This document shows positions 1 to 11,794 of a stretch of 45,687 nucleotides of DNA, piece by piece; position 1 is the stretch's first letter; every line of letters begins with the position of its first letter. A model generated the notes under the pieces. That model searched no databases. It had not been told where the DNA came from and saw only the letters and a list, made by a program, of their open reading frames with translations. The DNA is taken from IMG/VR virus record IMGVR_UViG_2049941000_000247. One strand, given 5' to 3'. Position numbers and translations under genes: made by a program. This stretch comes from an uncultured virus (IMG/VR IMGVR_UViG_2049941000_000247). Taxonomy: Duplodnaviria; Heunggongvirae; Uroviricota; Caudoviricetes.

Positions 1-335
1 CAACATCTTCTTGACTACTTAGCCCAAGGTTTGTCTTTAGTTGTATATTTGCTTCTACGTTTTGGCGAGCTTGCTCTTGCAGATCAGACAAATTCTGCCT
101 AGCATTTTGGATTTCCTCCTCAAGTTTAGTCCATTCGTCTACGTTTAAATCTGCACCGCGCATCATCTGCGCGCGCCGTTCGAGCAAATCTGCGAGATCC
201 TTATCCGCCTTCATGACCTTCGCGTCAAAGCTTTCAAGATCAAAGTTGTCAAGGAAATCCTCATTGCCGATCATATACTTCGAGATCGCTGTCGCTAAAG
301 CAAACGCGACCTCTGTTGTAACGTTCATCGCATCT
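1..335 (-). CDS. Coiled-coil coding fragment, probably a misplaced piece of the tape measure gene
   Basis: Stop-free minus frame DAMNVTTEVAFALATAISKYMIGNEDFLDNFDLESFDAKVMKADKDLADLLERRAQMMRG...EEEIQNARQNLSDLQEQARQNVEANIQLK. TMP-like composition. Short enough to fit the 484-N gap inside the TMP (4419-4902). Confidence 0.55.
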
Positions 336-398
336 NNNNNNNNNNCCTGCTTTCTTGCGATCCAAGTAAACATTGATACACCTCCTGATATAGTGAAT

Positions 399-420
399 GG
401 GAGGGGCGCGAACCCCTCCC
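399..420. terminator. Stem-loop, possible terminator/insulator
   Basis: GGGAGGGG-CGCGAA-CCCCTCCC, perfect 8-bp stem in intergenic DNA. No strong U-tract. Confidence 0.5.
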
Positions 421-448
421 TTGCGGAATCGTACAAATATGATATTAT
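421..448 (+). promoter_or_regulatory. SigA-type promoter with extended -10 for the small peptide cassette
   Basis: TTGCGG (421-426), 16 bp, TATTAT (443-448) with TG at 440-441. Predicted start near G455. Confidence 0.55.
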
Positions 449-601
449 ATACACGGATGACCCACATCCTTTGACCTCCGAATCATAAAGACAAGCTATG
501 ACATAGCTGCGGCAATATGCCGGACGCACCGAACCCGGTCTGTGCAACCAGACGGACGCTTTATGCGAGGGTGCAATGTTCTCTATGAGGAGGTGTTCGC
601 T

Positions 602-673
602 ATGGCGAAAGTTCGTGTAACTGTCAAAGTAACGGTGAAAACCACCGTGAAACGTCGTGTGATCGTCAGATGA
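602..673 (+). CDS. 23-aa cationic peptide MAKVRVTVKVTVKTTVKRRVIVR
   Basis: Strong RBS GAGGAGGT (587-594), ATG 602, TGA 671-673, followed by hairpin CGGGATG-TGGGT-CATCCCG (680-698). Confidence 0.7.
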   Translation: MAKVRVTVKVTVKTTVKRRVIVR

Positions 674-706
674 CCGACGCGGGATGTGGGTCATCCCGAT
701 GTATTC

Positions 707-3700
707 TTACGGCTTCAACAGAGCCCTGTTGCCGCCGAGCTTTCCGCGTTTGGCAAACGCGTCGATGATGTTGTCGATGGTAATATCACTGATCTGCTTG
801 CCGAGCCGCCTGACCTCCGCCTGATCAGAAGCGCTGGCAACGCTGACGTTAATTTCAGGCGCAACAGTGATCGTGACGTTGTCACCGCCAGCAAACGCAG
901 CCTGAATCTCGTTGCCTGTAAACATATCGCGCAGCCTGGTGAGCGGACTGGAAGAAGAATTGAGCCCAAACATGCTGCTCATCTTCGTAAAGATCGTCTC
1001 ACTGTCATCAAGGATGCGGATCATCCTCTTTTGCTGTTGATCATTGAGAACCATTTCGCCGTTCTGCAGCTTAGCGAACGTCTCATCCTGTTTTGCCGTT
1101 CCAAACCCGCCGACGATCCCGCCGCTGTGATATACATCCAGATGCGCAAACTCATCGAACAGCTTCATGCGCTTGCCCATCGTAGTGACATACCAAACAC
1201 CGTTCGAATCTCGTTCTACTACTGCGGTCGGGTCGGTCTTTTTAAGCTCAGCCTCTATCTGCTTGCCAAGCGCATAGTTGTCATCAGCGAGCTTCTTCCG
1301 CGTTTCAGCGTCGGCTGTATGCCAGTCTTCTGAATTGGTCTTCATTGTGCGGGCAAGACGTTGGATTTTGTCCATATAAGCCGTGCTGTCGCCGACCTTG
1401 CCAGGCGTGACATTGTCGCTGCCCCAGCCAGATCCGGAATATGAACTGCCGCCGCTACTAAGACCGCTGCCGACGTTGCCGGNNNNNNNNNNTGCCGGAC
1501 TCCTTGGCAAGCCGAGCCGTGATTGCTTCCAGAGCGGTGAGATAATCGCCGTACTTCTCTGCGGCCTTCTGAGCCTTTGACCACGCGTCGGAAATCTCAG
1601 CGTTGGTTACATTTCCGTATTGCGTGTTCCACTTGATCAAATCGTCATAAAGCGTATCCCAACCTGTACGGATGCGTTCAATAGCTTTCTGATATAACTT
1701 CTCCTCGGATGAAATCGAATCCTCCAGCGCCTTGATCTCTTCGTCCTTCTCTTTGGAATACGCCTCGGCCATATCGTCGAGCATATCCTTTGTGGTATCA
1801 CGTGCTTTGTCGGCCTGCTTGTCAGCGAGGTCGCCCTGCATCTTGGCAAGATCCTCCTGAAGCTTGGCCTTCTCAGCCTGAGCCTCGCGGCTGTTGTCAA
1901 GGTCGAGCATGTAGATCTTCTGCTGGAGTTTCGCGATCTCATTCGTTTTGTCCTTGACGTCCTTGGTATAGGTATCCTTTTCCTTCTCAAGGTCAAGCGA
2001 CTTCTTCTGAAGATCAACAATCTCTTTATAAGCCTTCTGCTGTTCCTTCAGCGCGTCGACCTGATCCTTGATCTCCTGTTTGATCATTTCCTTGACGTAC
2101 TTCTGATAATCCGTAACNNNNNNNNNNATGTCGTCAAGCGCTTCCTTCTGTTCCTGCAGAGCCTTGTTCGCTTTGCTGCTGGCACTGCTTGTAGAGTTGG
2201 AAGCTGTAGTTGCCACCTGACCGATACCAGCAACGGCATTTTCGGCAAGCAGTCTCATGTTGTCGATATTACGCCTTGCGGCTGCATAATCGTCTCCGCT
2301 GAGACCAGCCGCGTACAGCTGTGCATACACGAGATCCCACGTCGTAGTCGTCGCAAGGGAAGTGGCATTGATCAGATTCTTCAGCGCGGTGATATCGTTG
2401 TTCTTGCTTGCCGTCGAGATCTTCTGCACATAATCCAGTGCCGTATCAACCGCAAGCTGTCTTGTCTTTGCCGCGATGATGGCATTGATGTTCTGTTCGC
2501 TGATGACGAGCTCACCGTTCTGATTGCGGAGAAGGGACATATACTGAACGCCCATCTTCGCGATCTCCTGGAACGTATCAACGGTGATGAACCCGTTCTC
2601 TGCGTATTCCTCGGAAGCCTTGATGAGCGTGTCGTAGACGCCCTGAATCTCATCAAGCGAGTTGTGTGCCTCGCTGACGATCTGCTCAAACGCGGAAGAC
2701 ATAGCGTCGGTGATATTCCTCTGATACTCCCACCACTTGTCGGACAGAGCGCTGACCTCATCGCTGAGATCGGAATAACCGCGCGCCCTGTAGTCTTCGG
2801 CTTGCCTGTGTATCTCATCCTGCATCTCTTTGTAGTAGTTGACGATATCGTTTGTATACTTGATGATGCCGGATCGGTCGCCGCGACTCTCCGCGTTATC
2901 AAGCCAGTTCTCTGTGAGCGTGACAGAATTCTCAAGGACTGACACAGCGTCTTCGTGCTCCTGTATCATCCGCTCAAACATATCTTCGCGGATATCGTTG
3001 ATCTTGTCGTGGTAGTCCCACCACTTGTTCGCCAGCTCGCTGATCTCATCGTCGGTCTCTTTATATCCGAGCGAACGGTAATACTCAGCCTTTTCATGAA
3101 GTTCGCGCTGCACCGCTTCGTATTCCGCGATCTGCTCCTCCTGAAGCCGCTGAGCCTCAGCCTTATCGCCGCGCGAATAGGCGTCTTCGATCCAGTGCTC
3201 CCTGAGCGACATGCTGTTCTCATGTGCGTCGATGATCTTGTCATACATATCCGCGTTGAGATCGATGATCTTGTCGTGATAATCCCACCACTGCTTCTGC
3301 AGATCCTGAATATAGTCGTTGTTGTCATCGAGACCAAGGTCGCGGTACTTGTTCGCCTGATCGTTGACGGCCTTCATCATCTCTTCGTAGATCGCAATCT
3401 GAGACTCTGCAGATCCGCCGGTCTTTTCAAGAAGGAAGATGCTGTGCTCATAGTTGCCTATGATCTCATCCATCTCCTTCTTCATATTTTCCAGCGTTTC
3501 CTTCAGCTCATCGTCTAACTCATCGACCGCCTCGGCTACATCTTTGACTTCTTCTGCAATTTCTTTTGCAACTGACGCAGTTGCAGAAGTGGCAGCTGAA
3601 NNNNNNNNNNCGCGAGCGCCTTGCCGCGTGTGTCGATCTTGCCGTTCTTCAGAAGTTCTTCCGTCTGTTTATGATTGAAGATAATGGCGCCCTTCGGCAG

Positions 3701-6700
3701 ATCAACAAGCTCAGCGCCGTGATCTCCGACGGTATAGTATTTCCCGGTACGCGGATCGACGACAAGCTCTGCACCTAGCTCACCAAGCAGCGCGTCGCGC
3801 TCGGAAGAGGGAAGGCCCCAATTGCCGGAGTTATGCGCGGTACCGGTATACATCACTTGGTTACGACCGGAACCAGACCTGGCCACTTTTGCATAACCAG
3901 TACTGATAGTATAGCTGATATTACCGACTTGATTGCTTAGATTTATGATGTCTCGAAGCATCGACATGGTAGAAGAATAATTGTTAAGCAGTACACTAAA
4001 CTTCTTGTCGTTAATTTTAAATTCCTCTATCTCCTTCAGACCTTCATCTACCTCTTCATCGCCTTCGAGACCAAAAGCAATAGCAATCTGATGCTTTTTG
4101 TCTTCGAACCCTTGAATACTCGCAATCAAATCAGACGCTTCCTGGTGATCTGCCGGAGTCAACCCAATTTTGAACACAAAGTCTCCACTGTCATTGTACT
4201 CGCCAAATTCAGCGAGTTTTGTTTTTGCCTCTGCGATACTGTTATCCAGATCCTCAAGCGCAAGCTGTATTTGAATCGCAGTAGGTTCAGATGTTAACTC
4301 TTGTATCTGACGCAGATACTCATCCTTTTGCAACTCAAGCTTAGCGCGCGCCTCTACCGTCAAATCACCGTTTTCAAGCTTTGCATTGATTTTTAGTATA
4401 TTAGCACGCAATTGCTGANNNNNNNNNNNNNNNNNNNNNNNNNNNNNNNNNNNNNNNNNNNNNNNNNNNNNNNNNNNNNNNNNNNNNNNNNNNNNNNNNN
4501 NNNNNNNNNNNNNNNNNNNNNNNNNNNNNNNNNNNNNNNNNNNNNNNNNNNNNNNNNNNNNNNNNNNNNNNNNNNNNNNNNNNNNNNNNNNNNNNNNNNN
4601 NNNNNNNNNNNNNNNNNNNNNNNNNNNNNNNNNNNNNNNNNNNNNNNNNNNNNNNNNNNNNNNNNNNNNNNNNNNNNNNNNNNNNNNNNNNNNNNNNNNN
4701 NNNNNNNNNNNNNNNNNNNNNNNNNNNNNNNNNNNNNNNNNNNNNNNNNNNNNNNNNNNNNNNNNNNNNNNNNNNNNNNNNNNNNNNNNNNNNNNNNNNN
4801 NNNNNNNNNNNNNNNNNNNNNNNNNNNNNNNNNNNNNNNNNNNNNNNNNNNNNNNNNNNNNNNNNNNNNNNNNNNNNNNNNNNNNNNNNNNNNNNNNNNN
4901 NNCGAAGACGTTACCTAGCCCATCGCCGAGAGACTGGTTGAGAGCGGATTGAATGAAATTCTTTACATTATCAAATGTAACTTCGGTACCTCCGCTGTCG
5001 CCTTTTGTAATATACCGGCTTAGCGTACCAGTCAGATAATCCCACCCAGCTTCATACTGATCTTCAAGATCAACAAACTGACTGTATACGTCTTCCGGAA
5101 CCAGAGCGTCAAATGCTTCTTTGAACGTCTCTGTCCCAAACTCATGCTTCTCAAACGAATTAACGAGGTCATCAAACGCGCCGGACAACTCATCAGTATA
5201 ATCCGCCGCCTCATCGATCGCCTTCGCGTTACTAAGACGTTCAAACCCATTCGCTACACCGAGCAGCTGTTGCTCAAGCAGCCGATATTGTTCGATCTGA
5301 AGTCTTGTATTGTTGAGATCGTTCAACGTTGAATCGATTTCGTCACGCAGAGCTTCATCGTACTCGTCAGTGGCGCCGACCAAATTATAAAGTTGTTTGG
5401 TCAGCTCGTGATACCTGAACTGGCTGAAACTCTTGCCGTAAGCAATATTGTTCGCCAAAGCATCTTGCGATGTAGCTATCAGTTTGTTTAACGCATCTAC
5501 ATCCTTAATAAGGTAATCTCTGTCTTTGTCGACAGCGGCAGATAATGCCTCCTCGCCGCCAACAAGCGCCGCAATACTGTCGAACATAGTATTTGACATG
5601 TGCGTGCTCTGAACAAATGATTCGCCGAGCTTATTCTGAACCTGAATCGCCGATTGCGTCGCAGCTGTCATCTCTTCAATACTCATCGTGTTGAATGCAG
5701 ACGATTGATCCTCAAGCTTTTTTGTAACATCATCAACTAGGAGGCCCTCATCAGCCAATATGAGCAACATTTCCTGAACGCTCATGCCATATAAATTTGC
5801 AGCATAAGCTAATTCATAGTACGCCTCTTCTTTTTCACTTAGCTCTGTTGAATTGCGCCCCTTACTCTCAGCTGTCTCGCCGACAAGTAAAATATCCATG
5901 ATCGACGCTTGGGTGCCGTCTTCGGATAATAACTTTAGCTGATCTACGATAAAATTACGAATGTCGGTTAACCTTTTTCTTGCTTTGGGACCCATAGTGC
6001 CATTATCGAAATCCAATTCAAATTGCACTCTCAAACGCTCTTTTTTGGACTGTTCCATAAGAGCGTCGAGCAGCTCAGCAAGATATTTCTGCACACTTGG
6101 GTCTGATGAAAAGTCCGTATCATCGAATAGCAATGCGGCAGCGTTTATTTTTGCAAGCGCATCAGCAATGGCCTTGCCTCTCTCTTCTGCGGAGTCATAG
6201 ACGCCATTGACTGCGTCGTCATATTCCTTTACAGCGTCGCGATACGCCCCCATTACATCAGCAAACTCGTCCGTTTCAGCAATTTTTGAAAGTATAACCT
6301 TATCATAAATGTTGCCAAAATCATCTATTACTTTTTGAACTTTACTTAGAGACTCGCTTAAATCTGTTCCACTCCGGAACATCTTTCCAATATCTACATC
6401 GCTGAACTCACGCTCAAGCGAGCGTATATCCTCGCCAAGACCATATATCGTTTCCTCAGCATCGCGCGCATTAGCTACGACTTCAATTTTAGCCACGGCA
6501 TTCAAGTCATCATACGACCAAATAGCACTCTCGTACTTGTCTGCTATTTCTTTTAAGCGATTGATTACTGCGGAATTAGTATTATCGATTTCCAACCTCG
6601 CCCACAATCGATCTTCTTCCATTTTGCGAACCGCTCTATCGCCCTGATCACCTATTTCAGTCAAGTATTTACCGGCCTCAGTACGTTCATATTCTCTTTG

Positions 6701-9700
6701 AAGCCTCACCAGCTCATTACGTGCATTTTCAGCGCTTATTCCGATCCAATCAATCGCCTCTGCCTGTTCCCCGTACGTCTCAACGAGTTCGCCTCTGATT
6801 GACAGTATTTGCGCCTGCGCGTCATATAACTCCTGATGCGACAGAGTACTGTCATTAAGCTTCGTCTTTAGGTCGGAGATGCGCTTCGCATAATCTTCAA
6901 ATGATGATCTACTCTTGTTGACTGATGCTTCAAAATCAGAAGCCGCCTGAGCAGCCTCGCGCCGTAACTCCTCCNNNNNNNNNNGTTTGATCCGCTGATA
7001 TACCGAAATAACAACAGTAAGCCCAGCCACTACAGCGCCTACGACGCCGGGGTGAGTGGCCAAAACTTTTGTAAATCCGGTAGCACTTTGACTTGCGTTT
7101 GTCATCGCAATAGCGAAACTCTTATATGACTGAATTATTTTTGGCAGAGAACTTGCGACGAGTGAAGCAATTACCCCGGTAACCGCAGGTAATGCACCGC
7201 CAAGATCCTTAAACAAGCCGATAAGCTGTGACAATACATGAATAACCGTAGTTCCAGAATCAACAAAGCCACCTAGCACGGCTCCGCTGAACGCATTGTC
7301 TGCTAATTCTTGTTTTGCTGCCTTGAATTGCCCTGTTTTCGCTGTGATGCTGTCCATATACTTATCATATGCCGTATTCAAAGCTCCAACGCTGCCCTCC
7401 ATGGTTGCCATAGCGTTTTCTGCTTCTTGAAACTGCTCAACGATTGAATAGAATATATTTTGTTGTCTGGTACCCGCTAATTGCTGCGCTACAGCAGCCT
7501 GCTCCATGCTGGTCAGCTCGTCCCATATCGCAGCAATATCCTGCATAATTTCGTATGTGCTTCTGTATTCGCCGTTTGCTTCCGTCAGAAGCACATTATG
7601 CTTCGTCAGATTGTTGATTATCTCTTCGTAGTTCGCCGTTTCAATAGTTTCACCAAGCTCATCAAGGTCAACATCAGTTTTGCGGATTCTTGCAGTTAAC
7701 GTACGAAGTGCCGTTGACGCCTTCGAAACATTCTGAACTGTAGTGTTTGCCGCAGTCAATAATGCAATAGATTCTTCAAGGCTATTACCAGCTGCGGCCA
7801 TTGAGCTGCCCGCATTGTTCATACCCTCGGCAATCTGCGACACGCTGATAGGGAAGTTATTGCCGACAATAACCATTTTATCCATGACGTCTTCGATATC
7901 ATTTGCTCCAACGCCAAACGCCTTCGTAATGGCAGTAACCGCATCTTGAGCACTGGATACATCAATTGCGCCAACATTCTGCAGCATTGACGTATACTTT
8001 GACAGCATAGAAGATTCTTCGAGGTTATAACCAAGCCTGGCGAATACAGTCGTAGAATCAATGAGATCCTTTGTTGATGCGCCTATCTGTTGCGCTACTT
8101 GGGCAATATCACTTGCATATTTTCTGTATTCATCGCTAGTATTGTCTGTAACCACCTTTAACTGCGTCATAGCAGTATCAAGCTCTTTTACCATTTTGAT
8201 GAGCTCTTTGATCTCCTGCCATACCTTGCGCAGGATTTGCGCAGCGCTAAGCATGTACACCATTCGGTTCTGTAAGCTCTGCACACCTGCCGTAGCTTCT
8301 GTTGTGCCGCTCTTTGCGTTAAATCCAAGTTCATTAAACTTATTGCCTAGTTCTTCGATCTTGGCTGCTATCTGCTCTGGCGTCATTGTATCCATCGCGC
8401 TCTTGAAGGTTTCAACTTCTGCGATAAAATCCTTGAGACCTGGCGCATTCGGATTTACTTTTTCGATATCCTTAAGTGACGTAAGCAAATCATTAACTGC
8501 ATTGCGTTGCTCATCGAATTTAGACGCGTTGAGATGGTCTAACTTATCTTGCCACTTCTGCGCGTTGTCGGCCAGTTTTTTAGTCTCCTCGGATGTCAAC
8601 TGAGTAGTATTGCGCATAGCAAGGATTTCATTTTGTAAATCATTAAATCTCTGCTGCGCAATTGCCAGCTTCGCGTTANNNNNNNNNNGTCTTGCGTCTA
8701 ATTTCGGATCGAGTTCTGCTATCTTATATTGTAACGACCCAATTTTATCTTGAAGACCTAGTAGCTCATCAAACCTGGATTTTGTCGCGGCCTCTTCTGC
8801 CGCTCTGTTATACTCTCCAAGCGCTATTGTCTGATGCTGCAGTAGTTGCGTAAAAGCTTTCTGAGACATCCCTGCATTGTTTGTTGAGTTCACATATCCA
8901 TTCATAGTGCCCTCAAGCGTATTCAGCACGTTCGCCTGCGCAACCATAGCCTGATTCGCTCTGTCTATCGCTTCCCACCCATTTTGTCCGCGCGTCAATC
9001 CTTCAACACCTATTACCTTTGTAGCAGCCTTATAATAGTTGTCGACCGCTTTCATTGCATCTTTGAGCGCTGTGGACTGATTACTGGCATCTTTAATATG
9101 TTCCTTGATCGCGGCGATTGGGTGATCGACACCCGTAAATGCATTGATCAACGCCTGACCAGCACTAACACCATTATTTCTGACATCATTTAATACTTCC
9201 GTAATACCTTCAAGATCTGCACGAAGCCTAACCACATATGGATCGTTATCCGGCAGCTTTGTTCTGCTAAGCTCGTTCTGAATCTGATTCTGCATGTTCA
9301 TCAAATCAAGAACGATCTTATTACTCTCTGTAGCAACGATATCCCTCGCCGCTGTCATCATATTGCGCGTCTCATTAACCATCGCCAGNNNNNNNNNNNN
9401 NNNNNNNNNNNNNNNNNNNNNNNNNNNNNNNNNNNNNNNNNNNNNNNNNNNNNNNNNNNNNNNNNNNNNNNNNNNNNNNNNNNNNNNNNNNNNNNNNNNN
9501 NNNNNNNNNNNNNNNNNNNNNNNNNNNNNNNNNNNNNNNNNNNNNNNNNNNNNNNNNNNNNNNNNNNNNNNNNNNNNNNNNNNNNNNNNNNNNTCTCCCG
9601 TTGCACGAGCATTATGGTCGAGATCGACCAATGCCTGCCCGAGAGCCTCAGCTCTGTCTCTTAAATCAGTGAGGACCTGATTACCTGCAGAGTTCAAACC

Positions 9701-10189
9701 ACCCGCAGAATCTATAATTTGAAGAATCTGCCTGTGTATATTCTCGAGCGCCGGCACTGTCGGAGTACCTGTTAGATCAAGCGCATCCTGCGCTCTCTGC
9801 AAAAGCCCTTCCTGTAGAACAGGATTTTGTGCTATAATATTTAGAGCTTCATTTAACTCCCTGATGCTCTGAGCAGCCTGTGGGTTGATACGAAGATCAT
9901 TAAAGATATCTCGCATTGTAGTCAGCCTGCTGACATCGAGCGTATTTACTGAGCCAACTAACGTATTCAGCGCATTCATATCGTTCTGATCGAGCGTAAT
10001 GTTCATTGTCATATTGCCAAGGTTTGATTTGAATTCATTGACCCTCGCATATGCTTCAGACATATTTGCATCGATTCTAATATGGTATACGGTGTTAGAA
10101 AGGTTATCAAGATATGTCCTTAACCCACCGAGATTTGTACCGCCATACGACGCTTCGTCTACACCAAANNNNNNNNNNTTGACCGACAC
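707..10189 (-). CDS. Phage tail tape measure protein (~3,000 aa; broken into ORFs 3536-10189, 1458-3485 and 707-1510 by N-gap frame errors)
   Basis: TP901-type core (VKELDTAMTQLKVVT...IGASTKDLIDSTTVFARLGY), long helical Ala/Glu/Lys/Gln-rich sequence, C-terminal YHSGG...AKLQNGEMVL motif. The frame breaks fall at 10-N gaps. Confidence 0.9.
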
Positions 10190-10201
10190 AGTCTGTTATT
10201 A

Positions 10202-10819
10202 TTAAATACCTCTTGCGGCACTTTCCATCATTTCCCCGCTGAATAACCCGCCGCTATATTCATCGCCGATTTCAATCGTAACATTGTACCTTCCGGCATA
10301 CTTATTTAGAAAACTTTCCACGGCGCTCTGTATAAAGGCGGCGCCTTGTCTGTACTGCCTGCTCGCGACCTTGCGCGTTCCGTATGTATACGAAGACCAA
10401 TACCCATACACGCGATCACTTGCTACATATCCATTATTGAATAGCGCGACGATATTATCGATCCCATCATATAGATCCGGCACAAGCGACGGCCTGCTCA
10501 TATCGTCTTCGAAATAAACATGGAACTCCACATCACCATCAAGCGAACCTGCAACAGCATATGTTAAACTGTCAAAATGGAACATTACAGACCCAGGCAA
10601 TCCGCTTGATGCCGCCTCCATCCTGATCATATCGAGAAGTTCGTTGGCTAATATCCGCATTCTCTCCTCAGACAATAACTCATATCCGCTGGATGTATGT
10701 GACTTTCCACTTTTCTTCATTGTCCTGACCGCCTGTCGCATTCGTTCCTTTCCATCGGACGTCTCGCTGAACGCCTTTACTTTCGCCTCGATCGACGACC
10801 AGTCAACAGCGCCCATCAC
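10202..10819 (-). CDS. Hypothetical tail-region protein (205 aa)
   Basis: Clean ORF coupled to the upstream gene (ATGA overlap), directly upstream of the TMP. Confidence 0.7.
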   Translation of the reverse strand: MMGAVDWSSIEAKVKAFSETSDGKERMRQAVRTMKKSGKSHTSSGYELLSEERMRILANELLDMIRMEAASSGLPGSVMFHFDSLTYAVAGSLDGDVEFHVYFEDDMSRPSLVPDLYDGIDNIVALFNNGYVASDRVYGYWSSYTYGTRKVASRQYRQGAAFIQSAVESFLNKYAGRYNVTIEIGDEYSGGLFSGEMMESAARGI

Positions 10820-11430
10820 TCATCACCATCACTCTGTGTTTCGTCGTCACTCTTATAATCGAAATACGCCTTCACGATCTTTTCCTGATCGATCCCGCCT
10901 TCGCCGATCGCCTCAACCAACTTTGCGAGACCGCCAGCGTCCACTCCATCAAACATGCCTTCGAGCTGACTCCCGAGATTGGAAATCATGCTGTACAGCT
11001 CATTAACCTGCCTCTTTACTGTGCTCTCATTGACAGCAATGATCGCATCAATCTTTTCATCGATTGCGCCGAGCAACGCGTCAAACTGCCGTTTGTCTGC
11101 ATGCTGTACGACTTCGCGAACTAACGGTTCCGCGCGAACCACGAGTTCGTATTGTTTCTCAATGTTCTTGGGCATCGCGAATCCGGCATACATCTCAAGG
11201 ATACTTCTTCTGATCAGGAATTCCTTCATCTCAGGATAATATGTACCGTTGTTATCAAACACACTTTCCGACACGATTTTCGTAAACGTCACCACATCAT
11301 TCATAGACAAACAAGGCTTCACAAAAAATGAAAGCCCATCCACCTCTACCTGGATTGGCTCATCACGATAATTCTCTTTTACATATTTCTCAAAAGCATT
11401 TACAGACACCCTGTTTTCTTTCTTTGCCAT
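10816..11430 (-). CDS. Putative tail assembly chaperone (204 aa)
   Basis: RBS AAGGAGGAAG, acidic helical protein. Function inferred from position upstream of the TMP only. Confidence 0.6.
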   Translation of the reverse strand: MAKKENRVSVNAFEKYVKENYRDEPIQVEVDGLSFFVKPCLSMNDVVTFTKIVSESVFDNNGTYYPEMKEFLIRRSILEMYAGFAMPKNIEKQYELVVRAEPLVREVVQHADKRQFDALLGAIDEKIDAIIAVNESTVKRQVNELYSMISNLGSQLEGMFDGVDAGGLAKLVEAIGEGGIDQEKIVKAYFDYKSDDETQSDGDE

Positions 11431-11475
11431 ATATCTTCCTCCTTAAACTCATATCATACCTGAAATAGGCAAGTC

Positions 11476-11504
11476 TTGTCTTCGTTCATCAAATAATGTA
11501 TAAT
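11476..11504 (+). promoter_or_regulatory. Near-consensus SigA promoter
   Basis: TTGTCT (11476-11481), 17 bp, TATAAT (11499-11504). Confidence 0.75.
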
Positions 11505-11532
11505 ACACCAACAAAAACGGAGGTGATCCGAT

Positions 11533-11754
11533 TTGAAACAGCGCACGCTTACCATGTGGCTTCGCGGCCTTTCAATAGGCTTATTCATCGGTGTAACCGT
11601 CAACTTTCCATCCTGTTTTCCATATTCTCTCGCCATTACGATCATCTGTTGGGTCATTGCCGGAATCTATCAGAAATCATGCGATTTAGATGAAGAACAG
11701 AAAAGAAAAGAGGAAGAGAAAGAACGTATGCAACGTACTTATTACAAACATTAG
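11533..11754 (+). CDS. Small membrane protein (73 aa), moron-like
   Basis: RBS GGAGGTG (11519-11525), TTG start, two hydrophobic segments then a charged tail. Opposite strand to its neighbours, with its own promoter. Confidence 0.75.
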   Translation: MKQRTLTMWLRGLSIGLFIGVTVNFPSCFPYSLAITIICWVIAGIYQKSCDLDEEQKRKEEEKERMQRTYYKH

Positions 11755-11794
11755 CTGCGGCCGTTTCCTTCCTCATTTTGCATCCTCCTGAAAC

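Noticed and set aside
686..1333. 215-aa plus-strand ORF and many other antisense ORFs over the late genes
   Set aside because: Shadows of GC3-biased minus-strand genes; no RBS or recognisable motifs.
1458..3610. Apparent programmed frameshifts or separate genes within the tape measure region (also terminase at 27255 and connector at 17403/17747)
   Set aside because: Each break falls at a 10-N placeholder gap, so these are assembly artefacts.
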